From Cupriavidus necator (GTDB lineage: Bacteria; Pseudomonadota; Gammaproteobacteria; Burkholderiales; Burkholderiaceae): a stretch of 32,000 nucleotides of DNA. The DNA is taken from assembly GCF_016127575.1 (NCBI RefSeq), contig NZ_CP066018.1, positions 360,001 to 392,000 of the forward strand, given 5' to 3'. Position numbers and translations under genes: made by a program. This document shows positions 1 to 10,074 of this stretch, in pieces. Each line of letters opens with the position of its first letter. The first letter of the stretch is position 1. A model generated the notes under the pieces. The model ran no database searches. It worked only from the letters and a program-made list of their open reading frames with translations, and was not told the origin of the DNA.

Positions 1-132
1 GATCGGCGTTTTCTCTTCCGGGAACTGGACGGTGATCTTGCGCGCGAAGAGATAGCGGCCGGTCAGGGCCATGCCCTTGAAGAGTTCCTTCAGGAGCAGG
101 CTGTTGAAGAAGTCCTTGATGGCGAGCAGCAT
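1..132 (-). CDS. nuoI: NADH-quinone oxidoreductase subunit I, N-terminal 44 codons (gene runs off the left edge)
   Basis: Minus-strand ATG at 132 is preceded by AGGAAG. Translation [44 protein letters not shown] matches the conserved NuoI N-terminus. It follows nuoH in canonical nuo order. Confidence 0.85.
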   Translation of the reverse strand, partial: MLLAIKDFFNSLLLKELFKGMALTGRYLFARKITVQFPEEKTPI

Positions 133-190
133 GATGCTTCCTAGTATTTCCACACGGCGCGCGCCCCGGCGCGCACCGTCGTTTGGCCGT

Positions 191-1255
191 TCAGTGCCAG
201 ATGTTCCAGGGCGACTTGATCCAGATCGCCACGATGATCAGCCACGCCACCGTCAGGGGGATGAACACCTTCCAGCCCAGGCGCATGATCTGGTCATAGC
301 GGTAGCGCGGGAACGAGGCACGGATCCAGATGAAGACGGACAGCAGCAGGAATACCTTGATCACCAGCCAGAAGAAGCCCGGGATCGCGTTGGTCAGCAC
401 GCTGTCGATCGGGGGCGCCCAGCCGCCCAGGAACATCAGCGCGGTCATCGTCGAGATGATGATCATGTTGATGTACTCGGCCAGGAAGAACAGCGCGAAG
501 CCCATGCCCGAATACTCGATCATGTGGCCGGCCACGATTTCCGACTCGCCTTCCACCACGTCGAACGGGTGGCGGTTGGTTTCGGCCACGCCCGAGATGA
601 AGTAGACGCCGAACATCGGCAGCAGCGGCAGCCAGTTCCACGACAGGATGTTGATGCCCATGTCGGCAAAGTAGCCGGTGTTCTGGCCGTTGACGATGGC
701 CGACAGGTTCAGGCTGCCGGCAACCATCAGCACCGTCACCAGCGCAAAGCCCATCGCGATTTCATACGACACCATCTGGGCCGCGGCACGCATGGCGCCG
801 ATGAAGGCGTACTTGGAGTTCGAGGCCCAGCCTGCCAGGATCACGCCGTACACGCCCACCGAGCTGATCGCCATCACGTACAGCAGGCCGGCGTTCACAT
901 CCGCCAGCACCACTTCAGCCTGGAACGGAATCACGGCCCAGACCGCCACGGCGGGCATCAGCACCATCAGCGGGGCAATCAGGTACATGCCCCGGCTGAC
1001 CTGCGTGGGCATCATGACTTCCTTGAGCAGCAGCTTCAGCACGTCGGCAATCGGCTGCAGCAGGCCCAGCGGACCCACGCGGTTCGGGCCGATACGGACG
1101 TGCATCCAGCCGATCAGCTTGCGCTCCCACAGGATCAGGTAAGCCACGCACAGCAGCAGCGGCACCACGATGATCACGGCGCGAATCAGGATCCACAGCG
1201 GCGTCCAGTAGGCACCCAGCAGGCCCTGTCCTTGCGAGGTAATCCAGTCAATCAT
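191..1255 (-). CDS. nuoH: NADH-quinone oxidoreductase subunit H (ND1 homolog)
   Basis: 354-aa polytopic membrane ORF (MIDWITSQ...[21 protein letters not shown]...) typical of NuoH. It lies between nuoG and nuoI. Confidence 0.95.
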   Translation of the reverse strand: MIDWITSQGQGLLGAYWTPLWILIRAVIIVVPLLLCVAYLILWERKLIGWMHVRIGPNRVGPLGLLQPIADVLKLLLKEVMMPTQVSRGMYLIAPLMVLMPAVAVWAVIPFQAEVVLADVNAGLLYVMAISSVGVYGVILAGWASNSKYAFIGAMRAAAQMVSYEIAMGFALVTVLMVAGSLNLSAIVNGQNTGYFADMGINILSWNWLPLLPMFGVYFISGVAETNRHPFDVVEGESEIVAGHMIEYSGMGFALFFLAEYINMIIISTMTALMFLGGWAPPIDSVLTNAIPGFFWLVIKVFLLLSVFIWIRASFPRYRYDQIMRLGWKVFIPLTVAWLIIVAIWIKSPWNIWH

Positions 1256-1276
1256 GTCTTGTTCTCGCTCTTGTTC

Positions 1277-3643
1277 TTACGCCGTGGCCACGGTGCCGGT
1301 GGCCGGCGCCAGGTCAATGGCCTTCTCTACGGTGACCGTGCCGTACATCGCGCCCAGGCTCATGGCCGCCGGCGTCGCCGCCGGCACGCGCACGGTGTTG
1401 GCCGGGAGCGTGGCTTCGAGCACGGCCGGCAGCACCACGCTGCCCTGCCCTTGCGTGACCCGCACCGGATCGCCGGACTGGATGCCAAGGCTGGCGAACA
1501 GGTCGGCCGGCAGCGCGATCTGCATGGCGCGGCGCGCGGCAGCGCTCAGCTGCAGCGACTCGGCGCGGCGCACGATCGGATCGGCGTGGTAGATCGGCAC
1601 ATCGGCAATGCGTTCGATGCCGTTGGCGGCAGCGGCGGCCACGCGGATCGGCGCGTCGGTGGCGTTGTCCAGCTGCGCGTCGACCGGGGCCGACAGCACT
1701 TCGGCACGCACCGATTCGGCGGTTTCGTAGTCGAAGCCGGCCACGTCCAGCAGGTTGCCCAGCACGCGCAGCACCTTCCAGCCCGGACGCGATTCGCCCA
1801 GCGCGCGCACCACGCCGTTGAAGCTCTGCGGCTTGCCTTCGCAGTTGACGAAGGTGCCGGCGGTTTCCGTGAACGGCGTCACCGGCAGGATCACGTCGGC
1901 GTACTGCATGGCCGCTTCCGAACGGAACGGCGACAGCACCACCACCGTGCCGGCCTGGGCCAGCGCGGCCAGCGCCTTGCGCGGGTCGGCGGCGTCGAAC
2001 TCGGGTTCGGTGTTCAGCAGGATGTAGGCCTTGCGCGGCGTGTCCAGCATCGCCTGCGCATTGGCGCCGCCCTGCCTGGGCAGCGCGCCGGCGACATAGC
2101 CGCCGACGGTATTGGCGGCTTCGGTCAGGAAGCCCAGCGTCGCACCGGTTTCGGTGGCGATCCACTGTGCCAGCGCGTGCAGCGCCGAGAACTGCGGATG
2201 GCGCACGGCCTCGTTGCCGAGGAACACCGCACGGCGCTCGCCCGACAGCAGCGCTTCGGCCGTCTTGGCGGCAACATCGCCACCGTCGAAACCTTCGGTG
2301 CCGGCCGGGGCAGCCACGCCCTTGGCGGCGGCCACGGCACGGGCCACGCCTGCGAGGGCCGCGGTCCAGCCCGACGGCGCCACGTCGATGCGGGCGGCCA
2401 AGGGCATCAGCAGGTCTTCACCGCCGGCACCCAGCACCGCCACGCGGGCACCCTTCTTGGTAGCCTGGCGCAGGCGCGAGGCCAGCAGCGGATGATCCTT
2501 GCGCAGCGACGAGCCGACCACCAGCACGCGTTGCAGGGTGGTCACGTCGGCCACCGGCATGCCCAGCCACGGCGCGCCCTTCAGTGCCGCCGAGAAGTCG
2601 GTCTGGCGCAGGCGGAAGTCGACATTGTCGCTGCCCAGGCCGCGCATCAGCTTGCCCAGCAGGAACAGCTCTTCCAGCGTGCTGTGCGGGCTGGCCAGCG
2701 CGGCGATCTGGTCGGCGCCATGATCGCGCTTGATGCTGGTGAGGCCGTTGGCCACATATTCGAGCGCGGTCTGCCAGTCGGTTTCCATCCATTCGCCGCC
2801 CTGCTTCAGCAGCGGGCGGGTCAGGCGGTCGGCGCTGTTCAGGCCTTCATACGAGAAGCGGTCCTTGTCGGAGATCCAGCACTCGTTGATGTCTTCGTTT
2901 TCCAGCGGCAGCACGCGCATCACGCGCTGGTTCTTGGTCTGCACCACCAGGTTAGCGCCCAGGCCGTCGTGCGGCGACACCGACTTGCGGCGTGCCAGTT
3001 CCCAGGTGCGGGCCGAGTAGCGGAACGGCTTGCTGGTCAGCGCGCCGACCGGGCACAGGTCGATCATGTTGCCCGACAGTTCCGAGTCGACGGTCTTGCC
3101 GACGAAGGTGGTGATTTCCGAATGCTCGCCGCGGCCCAGCATGCCCAGCTCCATCACGCCGGCCACTTCCTGGCCGAAGCGCACGCAGCGGGTGCAGTGG
3201 ATGCAGCGGGTCATCTCCTCCATGGAGATCAGCGGGCCCACGTTCTTGTGGAACACCACGCGCTTCTCTTCCTTGTAGCGCGACTCCGAGGCACCGTAGC
3301 CCACGGCCAGGTCCTGCAGCTGGCATTCGCCGCCCTGATCGCAGATCGGGCAGTCGAGCGGGTGGTTGATCAGCAGGAATTCCATCACGGACTTCTGCGC
3401 CTTGACCGCCTTCTCCGAATTGGTGAAGACCTTCATGCCGGGGGTCACCGGCGTGGCGCAGGCAGGCAGCGCCTTCGGGGCCTTTTCGACCTCGACCAGG
3501 CACATGCGGCAGTTGGCCGCGATGGACAGTTTGCGGTGGTAGCAGAAGTGCGGGATGTAGGTGCCCAGCTTGCGGGCTGCTTCCATCACCAGGCTGCCTT
3601 CAGCAACCTCAACCTTCTTGCCGTCGATCTCTAGTTCAACCAT
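1277..3643 (-). CDS. nuoG: NADH-quinone oxidoreductase subunit G (75-kDa Fe-S subunit)
   Basis: 788 aa. N-terminal Fe-S cysteine motifs are present (CYHRKLSIAANCRMC, CPICDQGGECQLQD, CIHCTRCVRF, CPVGAL), followed by a molybdopterin-oxidoreductase-like C-terminal part. Confidence 0.95.
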   Translation of the reverse strand: MVELEIDGKKVEVAEGSLVMEAARKLGTYIPHFCYHRKLSIAANCRMCLVEVEKAPKALPACATPVTPGMKVFTNSEKAVKAQKSVMEFLLINHPLDCPICDQGGECQLQDLAVGYGASESRYKEEKRVVFHKNVGPLISMEEMTRCIHCTRCVRFGQEVAGVMELGMLGRGEHSEITTFVGKTVDSELSGNMIDLCPVGALTSKPFRYSARTWELARRKSVSPHDGLGANLVVQTKNQRVMRVLPLENEDINECWISDKDRFSYEGLNSADRLTRPLLKQGGEWMETDWQTALEYVANGLTSIKRDHGADQIAALASPHSTLEELFLLGKLMRGLGSDNVDFRLRQTDFSAALKGAPWLGMPVADVTTLQRVLVVGSSLRKDHPLLASRLRQATKKGARVAVLGAGGEDLLMPLAARIDVAPSGWTAALAGVARAVAAAKGVAAPAGTEGFDGGDVAAKTAEALLSGERRAVFLGNEAVRHPQFSALHALAQWIATETGATLGFLTEAANTVGGYVAGALPRQGGANAQAMLDTPRKAYILLNTEPEFDAADPRKALAALAQAGTVVVLSPFRSEAAMQYADVILPVTPFTETAGTFVNCEGKPQSFNGVVRALGESRPGWKVLRVLGNLLDVAGFDYETAESVRAEVLSAPVDAQLDNATDAPIRVAAAAANGIERIADVPIYHADPIVRRAESLQLSAAARRAMQIALPADLFASLGIQSGDPVRVTQGQGSVVLPAVLEATLPANTVRVPAATPAAMSLGAMYGTVTVEKAIDLAPATGTVATA

Positions 3644-3655
3644 GTTCTGCCACGC

Positions 3656-4951
3656 TTAGATGTAGGCCGGAACCATGCACTGCTTGTGTTCGACGTGATA
3701 TTCGAACTCTTTCCAGTAGTGCTTGAGCATGCCGCGGACCGGCATCGCCGCGGCATCGCCGAGCGCGCAGATGGTGCGGCCCATGATGTTTTCCGCGACG
3801 TTGTTGAGCAGGTCCAGGTCTTCCTGGCGCCCCTCTCCGTGTTCGATGCGATTGACCATGCGGTAGAGCCAGCCGGTGCCTTCACGGCACGGCGTGCACT
3901 GGCCGCACGATTCCTCAAAATAGAAGTACGACAGGCGCAGCAGCGAGCGGACCATGCAGCGCGTCTCGTCCATCACGATCACAGCGCCCGAGCCCAGCAT
4001 CGAGCCGGCCTTGGCGATCGAGTCGTAGTCCATGTCGGACGCCATCATCAGGTCGCCCGGCACTACCGGCGCGGACGAACCGCCCGGGATCACCGCCTTG
4101 ATGCGCTTGCCGCCGCGCATGCCGCCGGCGAGCTCCAGCAGCTTGGCGAACGGCGTTCCCAGCGGGATCTCGTAATTGCCGGGACGTTCGACGTCACCCG
4201 AGATCGAGAAGATCTTGGTGCCGCCGTTGTTCGGCTTGCCCAGCTTCAGGTAGTTCTCGGGGCCGACGGCCAGCAGGAACGGCACCGCGGCAAACGTTTC
4301 CGTGTTGTTGATGGTGGTCGGCTTGCCGTACAGGCCAAAGCTGGCCGGGAAAGGCGGCTTGAAACGCGGCTGGCCCTTCTTGCCTTCCAGCGATTCGAGC
4401 AGCGCGGTTTCCTCGCCGCAGATATAGGCGCCGTAGCCGTGGTGCGCGTGCAGCTGGAAATCGAAGCCCGAACCCAGGATGTTGTCGCCCAGGAAGCCGG
4501 CAGCGCGCGCCTCTTCGAGCGCTTCCTCGAAGATCTTGTACTCGTTCCAGATCTCGCCGTGGATGTAGTTGTAGCCCACGGTGATGCCCATCGCATACGC
4601 GCCGATGGCCATGCCTTCGATCAGCGAGTGCGGGTTGTAGCGGATGATGTCGCGGTCCTTGAACGTGCCGGGCTCGCCTTCATCGGTGTTGCAGACCAGG
4701 TATTTCTGCCCCGGGAACGTGCGCGGCATGAAGCTCCACTTCAGGCCGGTCGGGAAGCCCGCACCGCCGCGGCCCCGCAGGCCCGAGGCCTTGACGTCGG
4801 CGATCACCTGCTCGGGCGGGATCTTCTCGGTCAGAATGCGCTTCAGTTGCTGGTAGCCGCCACGCTTGACGTAGTCTTCCAGGTGCCAATTCTTGCCGTC
4901 CAGGCCGGCCAGGATCAGCGGCTGGATATGGCGGTCGTGCAGACTGGTCAT
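3656..4951 (-). CDS. nuoF: NADH-quinone oxidoreductase subunit F (NADH/FMN-binding)
   Basis: 431 aa. Contains [16 protein letters not shown] (FMN/NADH site) and [12 protein letters not shown] (4Fe-4S). Confidence 0.95.
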   Translation of the reverse strand: MTSLHDRHIQPLILAGLDGKNWHLEDYVKRGGYQQLKRILTEKIPPEQVIADVKASGLRGRGGAGFPTGLKWSFMPRTFPGQKYLVCNTDEGEPGTFKDRDIIRYNPHSLIEGMAIGAYAMGITVGYNYIHGEIWNEYKIFEEALEEARAAGFLGDNILGSGFDFQLHAHHGYGAYICGEETALLESLEGKKGQPRFKPPFPASFGLYGKPTTINNTETFAAVPFLLAVGPENYLKLGKPNNGGTKIFSISGDVERPGNYEIPLGTPFAKLLELAGGMRGGKRIKAVIPGGSSAPVVPGDLMMASDMDYDSIAKAGSMLGSGAVIVMDETRCMVRSLLRLSYFYFEESCGQCTPCREGTGWLYRMVNRIEHGEGRQEDLDLLNNVAENIMGRTICALGDAAAMPVRGMLKHYWKEFEYHVEHKQCMVPAYI

Positions 4952-4952
4952 G

Positions 4953-5456
4953 TTACTTGCCCCCTTTGGCAGCTTCGGCTTTCAGCTCGTCGACGAGCGC
5001 GTCGAGCTTGTCGTCGCTCATGAAGCTGCACATGCGGGTGTTGTTGACGATCATCACCGGCGCGTCGCCGCAAGCGCCCATGCACTCGCCCTCTTTCAGG
5101 GTGAAGCAGCCGTCAGCGGTGGTCTCGTTGTAATCGATCCCGAGCTTGCGCTTCAGGTACTCGCCGGCCCGCTCGCCGCCCGACAGGGCGCACGGCAGGT
5201 TGGTGCAGACGGCGAGCTTGAATTTGCCCACCGGCTTGGTGTCATACATGTTGTAGAAGGTCGCCACCTCTTCCACCCACACGGGCGGCATCTCGAGATA
5301 GCTGGCGACGAACTGCATGACTTCGGGGGAAACCCAGCCCACCTCGCCCTGCGCCACGGCAAGCGCCGCCATCACGGCCGACTGCTTCTGGTCGGCCGGA
5401 TACTTCGCGATCGCGCGATCGATTTCCTTGAGAGCTTCTGCTGATAGCATGGTCAT
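4953..5456 (-). CDS. nuoE: NADH-quinone oxidoreductase subunit E (2Fe-2S)
   Basis: 167 aa. Cysteine motifs [11 protein letters not shown] and [10 protein letters not shown] are present. Its stop is 1 nt from the nuoF start. The start could also be the ATG at 5450. Confidence 0.9.
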   Translation of the reverse strand: MTMLSAEALKEIDRAIAKYPADQKQSAVMAALAVAQGEVGWVSPEVMQFVASYLEMPPVWVEEVATFYNMYDTKPVGKFKLAVCTNLPCALSGGERAGEYLKRKLGIDYNETTADGCFTLKEGECMGACGDAPVMIVNNTRMCSFMSDDKLDALVDELKAEAAKGGK

Positions 5457-5636
5457 TGCAGTAAAACGGCGTCAGGCAGCGCCACCGGGCGTTCCCTTCC
5501 GCAGGTTTGCAGCCGTCGCTGCCCGTTCCGCCGGCAGGCCTGAGGCCGTACCGGTCCGCCGCGGGTCTTCCGCCCGCTCCCCCTGGGGAGCGCCGCGGAA
5601 AGCGCCCGGATCGTCGTCCGGGCCGGCGGTCCGTGA

Positions 5637-6890
5637 TTAGCGGTCGATCTCGCCGAAGACGATGTCTTGCGTGCCGATGATCGTTACCGCGTCAGCAATC
5701 ATGTGTCCCTTGGCCATTTCGTCGAGCGCGGCCAGGTGAGGGAAACCAGGTGCACGGATCTTCAGGCGGTACGGCTTGTTGGCCCCGTCCGAGATCGCGT
5801 AGATGCCAAATTCGCCCTTCGGATGCTCCACCGCTGCATACGCTTCGCCTTCCGGCACGTGCATGCCTTCGGTGAACAGCTTGAAGTGGTGGATCAGTTC
5901 TTCCATGTTGGACTTCATGTCCACGCGCGAGGGCGGCGCCACCTTGTGGTTGTCGGTGATCACCGGGCCCGGGTTGCGGCGCAGCCATTCCACGCACTGC
6001 CTGATGATGCGGTTGGACTGGCGCATCTCTTCCACGCGCACCAGGTAGCGCGCGTAGCAGTCGCCGCCCACGCCCACCGGCACGTCGAAGTCCAGCTTGT
6101 CGTACACCTCGTACGGCTGCTTCTTGCGCAGGTCCCACTCGATGCCGGAGCCACGCAGCATCGGGCCGGTAAAGCCCATCTGCAGCGCACGTTCCGGGCT
6201 GACCACGCCGATATCCACCAGGCGCTGCTTCCAGATCCGGTTGTCGGTCAGCAGCGTCTCGTATTCGTCGACGTACTTCGGGAACCGGTTGGTGAAGTCC
6301 TCGATGAAGTCCAGCAGCGAACCCGAACGCGCCTCGTTCATGGCCTTGATGGCGCGCTCGTTGTGTACCTTGGAGGCACGATATTGCGGCATCGTGTCAG
6401 GCAGGTCGCGGTAGACGCCGCCCGGACGGTAATAGGCCGCGTGCATGCGCGCGCCCGACACCGCCTCGTACATGTCGAACATGTCCTCGCGCTCGCGGAA
6501 GGCGTACAGGAACACCGCCATCGCGCCCACGTCCAGCGCGTGCGAGCCAATCCACATCAGGTGGTTCAGCAGGCGGGTGATCTCGTCGAACATCACGCGG
6601 ATGTACTGCGCGCGCACCGGCACTTCCAGGCCCAGCAGGCGCTCGATCGCCATCACGTAGGCGTGCTCGTTGACCATCATCGACACATAGTCGAGTCGGT
6701 CCATGTATGGCACGCTCTGGATCCAGGTCTTCTGCTCGGCCAGCTTCTCGGTGGCACGGTGCAGCAGGCCGATATGGGGGTCGGCGCGCTGGATGACTTC
6801 GCCGTCCAGCTCCAGCACCAGGCGCAGCACGCCGTGCGCAGCCGGGTGTTGCGGGCCGAAGTTCAGGGTGTAGTTCTTGATGTCTGCCAT
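5637..6890 (-). CDS. nuoD: NADH-quinone oxidoreductase subunit D (49-kDa)
   Basis: 417 aa beginning [31 protein letters not shown], the hallmark NuoD N-terminus. Confidence 0.95.
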   Translation of the reverse strand: MADIKNYTLNFGPQHPAAHGVLRLVLELDGEVIQRADPHIGLLHRATEKLAEQKTWIQSVPYMDRLDYVSMMVNEHAYVMAIERLLGLEVPVRAQYIRVMFDEITRLLNHLMWIGSHALDVGAMAVFLYAFREREDMFDMYEAVSGARMHAAYYRPGGVYRDLPDTMPQYRASKVHNERAIKAMNEARSGSLLDFIEDFTNRFPKYVDEYETLLTDNRIWKQRLVDIGVVSPERALQMGFTGPMLRGSGIEWDLRKKQPYEVYDKLDFDVPVGVGGDCYARYLVRVEEMRQSNRIIRQCVEWLRRNPGPVITDNHKVAPPSRVDMKSNMEELIHHFKLFTEGMHVPEGEAYAAVEHPKGEFGIYAISDGANKPYRLKIRAPGFPHLAALDEMAKGHMIADAVTIIGTQDIVFGEIDR

Positions 6891-6899
6891 GGCGCGTTA

Positions 6900-7496
6900 T
6901 CAGTGCAAGCCGCCGTAGTTGTCCTCGCGGATCACGCGCGGGGTGATTTCGCGCGGCTCGATCGTGACCGGCTGGTAGATGACCCGCTTCTGCTCCGGGT
7001 CGTAGCGCATCTCGACGAAGCCCGAGACCGGGAAATCCTTGCGGAACGGATGGCCGACGAAACCGTAGTCGGTCAGGATGCGGCGCAGGTCCGGATGGCC
7101 GTCGAACACGATGCCGTAGAAATCGAAGGCTTCACGCTCGAACCAGTTGACGCCGTTCCACACGTCGATCAGCGACGGCAGCACCGGGAAATCATCGTCC
7201 GGGGCGAACACGCGCACGCGCAGGCGCCAGTTGTGGGTGATCGACAGCAGCTGCGAAACCGCGGCAAAGCGCAGGCCGTCCCAGGCACCGTCGCCGTACT
7301 CGGAATAGTCCACGCCGCACAGGTCGATCAGCTGCTCGAAGCGCAGCGACGGGTCGTCGCGCAGGATGCGGGCAACTTCGAGGTAGTCGTCGGCCTTGAC
7401 GATCAGCGTCAGTTCGCCGGTCGCCTCGATCAGGTTCTGCACGCGCTTGCCGAGAGCTTTCTCGAGCGCGGCCTTCAGGATGTCAAGCTTCGCCAT
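6900..7496 (-). CDS. nuoC: NADH-quinone oxidoreductase subunit C (30-kDa)
   Basis: 198 aa, with the conserved ...[30 protein letters not shown]... block. It lies between nuoB and nuoD. Confidence 0.95.
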
Positions 7497-7497
7497 T

Positions 7498-7980
7498 TCA
7501 GCCCTTGCGCGCGATGGTGTTGGTGCGCTTGATCTTGTTCTGCAGCTGGATCACGCCGTAGATCAGCGCCTCGGCCGTCGGCGGGCAGCCCGGCACGTAG
7601 ATATCCACCGGCACGATGCGGTCGCAGCCACGCACCACCGAGTACGAGTAGTGGTAGTAACCGCCGCCATTGGCGCACGAGCCCATCGAGATCACCCAGC
7701 GCGGTTCTGCCATCTGGTCGTAGACCTTGCGCAGCGCGGGGGCCATCTTGTTGCACAGCGTGCCGGCCACGATCATCACGTCCGACTGGCGCGGCGACGG
7801 GCGGAAAATCACGCCGAAGCGGTCCATGTCGTAGCGCGCGGCGCCGGCATGCATCATTTCCACGGCACAGCAGGCCAGGCCGAAAGTCATCGGCCACAGC
7901 GACCCGGTGCGGGTCCAGTTGATCAGCTTGTCAGCGGTAGTCGTGACAAAGCCTTCGTTGAGAACGCCTTCGATTGCCAT
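7498..7980 (-). CDS. nuoB: NADH-quinone oxidoreductase subunit B (N2 cluster)
   Basis: 160 aa with cluster-N2 cysteines ([36 protein letters not shown]). Confidence 0.95.
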
Positions 7981-7986
7981 TTCACA

Positions 7987-8346
7987 TCACTCCCAATCGA
8001 GCGCGCCCTTTTTCCAGATGTAGACGAAGCCCACGATGAATTCCAGCAGAAACACGCCCATGGCGATGAAACCCGGCCAGCCGATATCCCTCAGGGCGAC
8101 ACCCCACGGAAACAGGAAGGCGGTTTCGAGGTCGAACAGGATAAACAGGATGGCGATGAGGTAGTAGCGCACATCGAACTTCATGCGCGCGTCCTCGAAC
8201 GCTTCGAAGCCGCACTCGTACGGCGACAGCTTCGCGGGATCGGGCTTGTTCGGACCGAGGATCCGACCGATCGACATCAGCGCCACGCCAAGCACGACAC
8301 CGAAGATGATGAAGATGAGAACGGGGAAGTAGGCTTCGAGATTCAA
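7987..8346 (-). CDS. nuoA: NADH-quinone oxidoreductase subunit A
   Basis: 119-aa three-TM protein with the conserved PYECGFEAF motif. The reading frame opens with TTG (TTG AAT CTC GAA...) and has no in-frame ATG upstream. First gene of the nuo operon. Confidence 0.9.
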   Translation of the reverse strand: MNLEAYFPVLIFIIFGVVLGVALMSIGRILGPNKPDPAKLSPYECGFEAFEDARMKFDVRYYLIAILFILFDLETAFLFPWGVALRDIGWPGFIAMGVFLLEFIVGFVYIWKKGALDWE

Positions 8347-8512
8347 GGTACGGCCAGCCTTATCTGGAATGTTGTCAACAGCACCAGCTGAAGCGGCGTC
8401 CTGTTGCCCACCCCAGGCGCTAAGCCATGAGCCTCATGGCGCGCCGCCTTGCGGACTGCCGGAGCCCCACGCTCGGGTGCATTGCCCGGCCAGGGACTCC
8501 GATCAAGTTGTT

Positions 8513-8597
8513 TGGTGCCGACGGCGAGACTCGAACTCGCACAGCTTTCGCCACTACCCCCTCAAGATAGCGTGTCTACCAATTTCACCACGTCGGC
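8513..8597 (-). tRNA. leuU: tRNA-Leu, anticodon GAG, CCA encoded
   Basis: The reverse complement folds as a class II tRNA by hand. Acceptor GCCGACG/CGTCGGC; 3-bp D stem GTG/CAC; anticodon stem CTATC/GGTAG with loop TTGAGGG (GAG); long variable arm TGGCGAAAGCTGT; T arm GCGAG-TTCGAGT-CTCGC; discriminator A plus CCA. Total 85 nt. It lies downstream of secG, as leuU does in E. coli. Confidence 0.95.
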
Positions 8598-8708
8598 TGG
8601 GGGAGAAACAATATTGCCTGGCGCCGGGTTTTCAGGCCCTTCAGGTCCGTTGCAGAGGCTTTCGTCTTTGCTCGGAACCCATCGCTGGGGAATCGTTTCA
8701 AGCCTTGC

Positions 8709-8738
8709 ATTCTAACCCAGATTTCTTGCTTTGTTCAA
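8709..8738 (-). promoter_or_regulatory. Candidate sigma70 promoter TTGAAC-N18-TAGAAT between secG and tRNA-Leu
   Basis: Minus strand reads TTGAAC (8738-8733), an 18-nt spacer, then TAGAAT (8714-8709), in an AT-richer spacer. The predicted start is about 105 nt upstream of the mature tRNA 5' end. Motif match only. Confidence 0.3.
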
Positions 8739-8749
8739 CGCACAACTGC

Positions 8750-8786
8750 AAAAAAACTCAGGAATCCGCCGCAAGGCTTACGGATT
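8750..8786 (-). terminator. Terminator-like hairpin plus T7 run after secG (probably leaky)
   Basis: Minus strand: AATCCG...CGGATT 6-bp stem (8786-8763, overlapping the secG stop), then CCTGAG, then TTTTTTT (8756-8750). The 6-nt gap between stem and T-run is atypical. Confidence 0.35.
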
Positions 8787-9159
8787 ATTTCGGTACAGCG
8801 GGAGCTGCCGGCGCCGATGCATCAGCGGCCGCTGCCGGGGCTGCAGCGGGAGCCGAAGCACCTGCCACTGCGGGCGCCGAAGCCGGCGCCGCGCCCATCA
8901 CGCCCAGCGATGCAGCCGGCTTGTAGTTGCCCAGCAGCGTCAGCGCCAGCGTGCAGACGAAGAACAGCGTGGCCAGCACGGCGGTGGTGCGCGACAGGAA
9001 GTTTGCCGAGCCGGTGGCACCGAACAGGCTGCCCGAGGCACCCGAACCGAATGCCGCGCCGACATCGGCGCCCTTGCCATGCTGGATCAGCACCAGGCCA
9101 ATCACGCCCAGCGCCGACAACACCTGCAGCACCACCAACAAAGTCTTGAAGATTGCCAT
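8785..9159 (-). CDS. secG: Preprotein translocase subunit SecG
   Basis: 124 aa: MAIFKTLLVVLQVLSALGVIGLVLIQHGKGADVGAAFGSGASGSLFGATGSANFLSRTT... is the conserved SecG core. An Ala/Pro-rich C-terminal tail follows. Confidence 0.9.
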   Translation of the reverse strand: MAIFKTLLVVLQVLSALGVIGLVLIQHGKGADVGAAFGSGASGSLFGATGSANFLSRTTAVLATLFFVCTLALTLLGNYKPAASLGVMGAAPASAPAVAGASAPAAAPAAAADASAPAAPAVPK

Positions 9160-9222
9160 TTGATTTAGATAAGCCTTACTGGCTGGTTACTTGCCTGATC
9201 GGTCGATCGGAACGGCCGGCAT

Positions 9223-9960
9223 TCAGGCGTTGCCGATCGCGAGAAAATCTGCCGACTTCAGCGAGGCGCCGCCAATCAGGCCCCCGTCGATATCGGTCAT
9301 GGAAAACAGTTCGGCCGCATTGTCCGGCTTGACGCTGCCGCCGTACAGGATGGCCATACGCTCGGCCACGCCCGCGTCGCGCGCGGCAACCTGGCCGCGC
9401 AAGAACGCGTGCACCGCCTGCGCCTGCTCGCTGGTGGCGGTCTTGCCGGTGCCGATCGCCCAGACCGGCTCATAGGCCAACACCACGCGGCTCAGCTGCT
9501 CCACCGTCAGCGCGTCCAGCACGGCCTGCAGCTGCCTGCCGACCACCGCTTCGGTTTCGCCCGCCTCGCGCTGGGCCAGTGTTTCACCCACGCAGACTAC
9601 CGGGACGATGCCGAATTCCAGCGCGCGCAGCGCCTTGGCCGCGACGGTCTGGTCGGTTTCGCCATGATAGGTGCGGCGCTCCGAGTGGCCGACCAGCACA
9701 TAAGTGCAGCCAAACTCACCCACCATCGATGCCGAGACTTCACCGGTGAAGGCGCCGCGCGCCTCTGCCGACACATCTTGTGCGCCCCAGGCCACTTGCG
9801 AGCCATTCAGCAACGCCTGGCATTGTGCAAGATAGGGGAACGGCGCGCAGACCGCCAGCGTCGCCTTGGCCGCGCCAGCCTTGATGCCCTCCAGCAGCGC
9901 CGCGTTTGCAGCCAGGCTGCCATGCATCTTCCAATTGCCGATGACGAGCTTTTGTCTCAC
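9223..9960 (-). CDS. tpiA: Triose-phosphate isomerase
   Basis: Conserved [20 protein letters not shown] and [11 protein letters not shown] motifs. I place the start at the GTG at 9960 (GGGAGGGGCACTTC GTG AGA CAA AAG), giving 245 aa. The longer track ORF (to 10011) adds a non-conserved extension. Confidence 0.9.
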   Translation of the reverse strand: MRQKLVIGNWKMHGSLAANAALLEGIKAGAAKATLAVCAPFPYLAQCQALLNGSQVAWGAQDVSAEARGAFTGEVSASMVGEFGCTYVLVGHSERRTYHGETDQTVAAKALRALEFGIVPVVCVGETLAQREAGETEAVVGRQLQAVLDALTVEQLSRVVLAYEPVWAIGTGKTATSEQAQAVHAFLRGQVAARDAGVAERMAILYGGSVKPDNAAELFSMTDIDGGLIGGASLKSADFLAIGNA

Positions 9961-10074
9961 GAAGTGCCCCTCCCAAATCAAACCCGCTATTGTAGCTTGT
10001 GGCGGGGGCACGGCGCTACCGCCGCCCGATGGCGGCGGGCGGCAGCATTGGCCACATGCAACGCTCGATGTGCC

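Noticed and set aside
71-3634. 1187-aa plus-strand ORF spanning the nuoH/nuoG region
   Set aside because: It is entirely antisense to two well-supported conserved genes. The translation is a low-complexity R/H/G/A/Q-rich string with no recognisable motif. Long stop-free antisense frames are expected in high-GC DNA.
5667-7532. Other long antisense ORFs (5667-7532 +, 9409-11322 +, 11480-13645 +, 14311-15792 +, 16649-18115 +, 22550-24094 +, 27976-29214 -, 28859-30136 -, 20826-21869 +) and the many nested 60-200-aa ORFs
   Set aside because: Each lies opposite, or out of frame within, a conserved housekeeping gene and has the R/G/A/H/D-rich composition typical of non-coding frames in GC-rich genomes. 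None has a recognisable domain.
8373-8378. Perfect TTGACA hexamer on the minus strand just upstream of nuoA
   Set aside because: It lies only 27 nt from the TTG start codon, and no -10-like hexamer sits at 16-18 nt spacing (GGCCGT at 17 nt). It is probably fortuitous.
8347-8784. tRNA-Leu as a possible integration hotspot (looked for an integrase, direct repeats of the tRNA 3' end, or a foreign-GC island)
   Set aside because: Both flanks are conserved core genes (nuoA, secG). There is no partial tRNA duplicate, no integrase or transposase, and no compositional island.
8785-8900. Ala/Pro-rich repetitive coding stretches (SecG C-terminus, and similarly the DUF3106 tail 26100-26291 and the pnp tail 11264-11330)
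   Set aside because: These are compositional low-complexity tails typical of high-GC proteomes. I could not align them as true tandem nucleotide repeats.
9961-10011. N-terminal extensions implied by the ORF-track starts (tpiA to 10011, qor-like to 11247, pnp to 13468, SBP to 15765, BON-LysM to 19017, psd to 20624, ilvH to 22640, sigma from 24096, LpxH-like from 27793, dgkA from 29799, TetR from 30353)
   Set aside because: The extensions are non-conserved and Arg/Pro-rich, and often overlap neighbouring genes. In most cases internal starts with SD-like sequences reproduce the conserved protein N-termini (psd and the LpxH-like gene lack a good SD), so I used the shorter coordinates.
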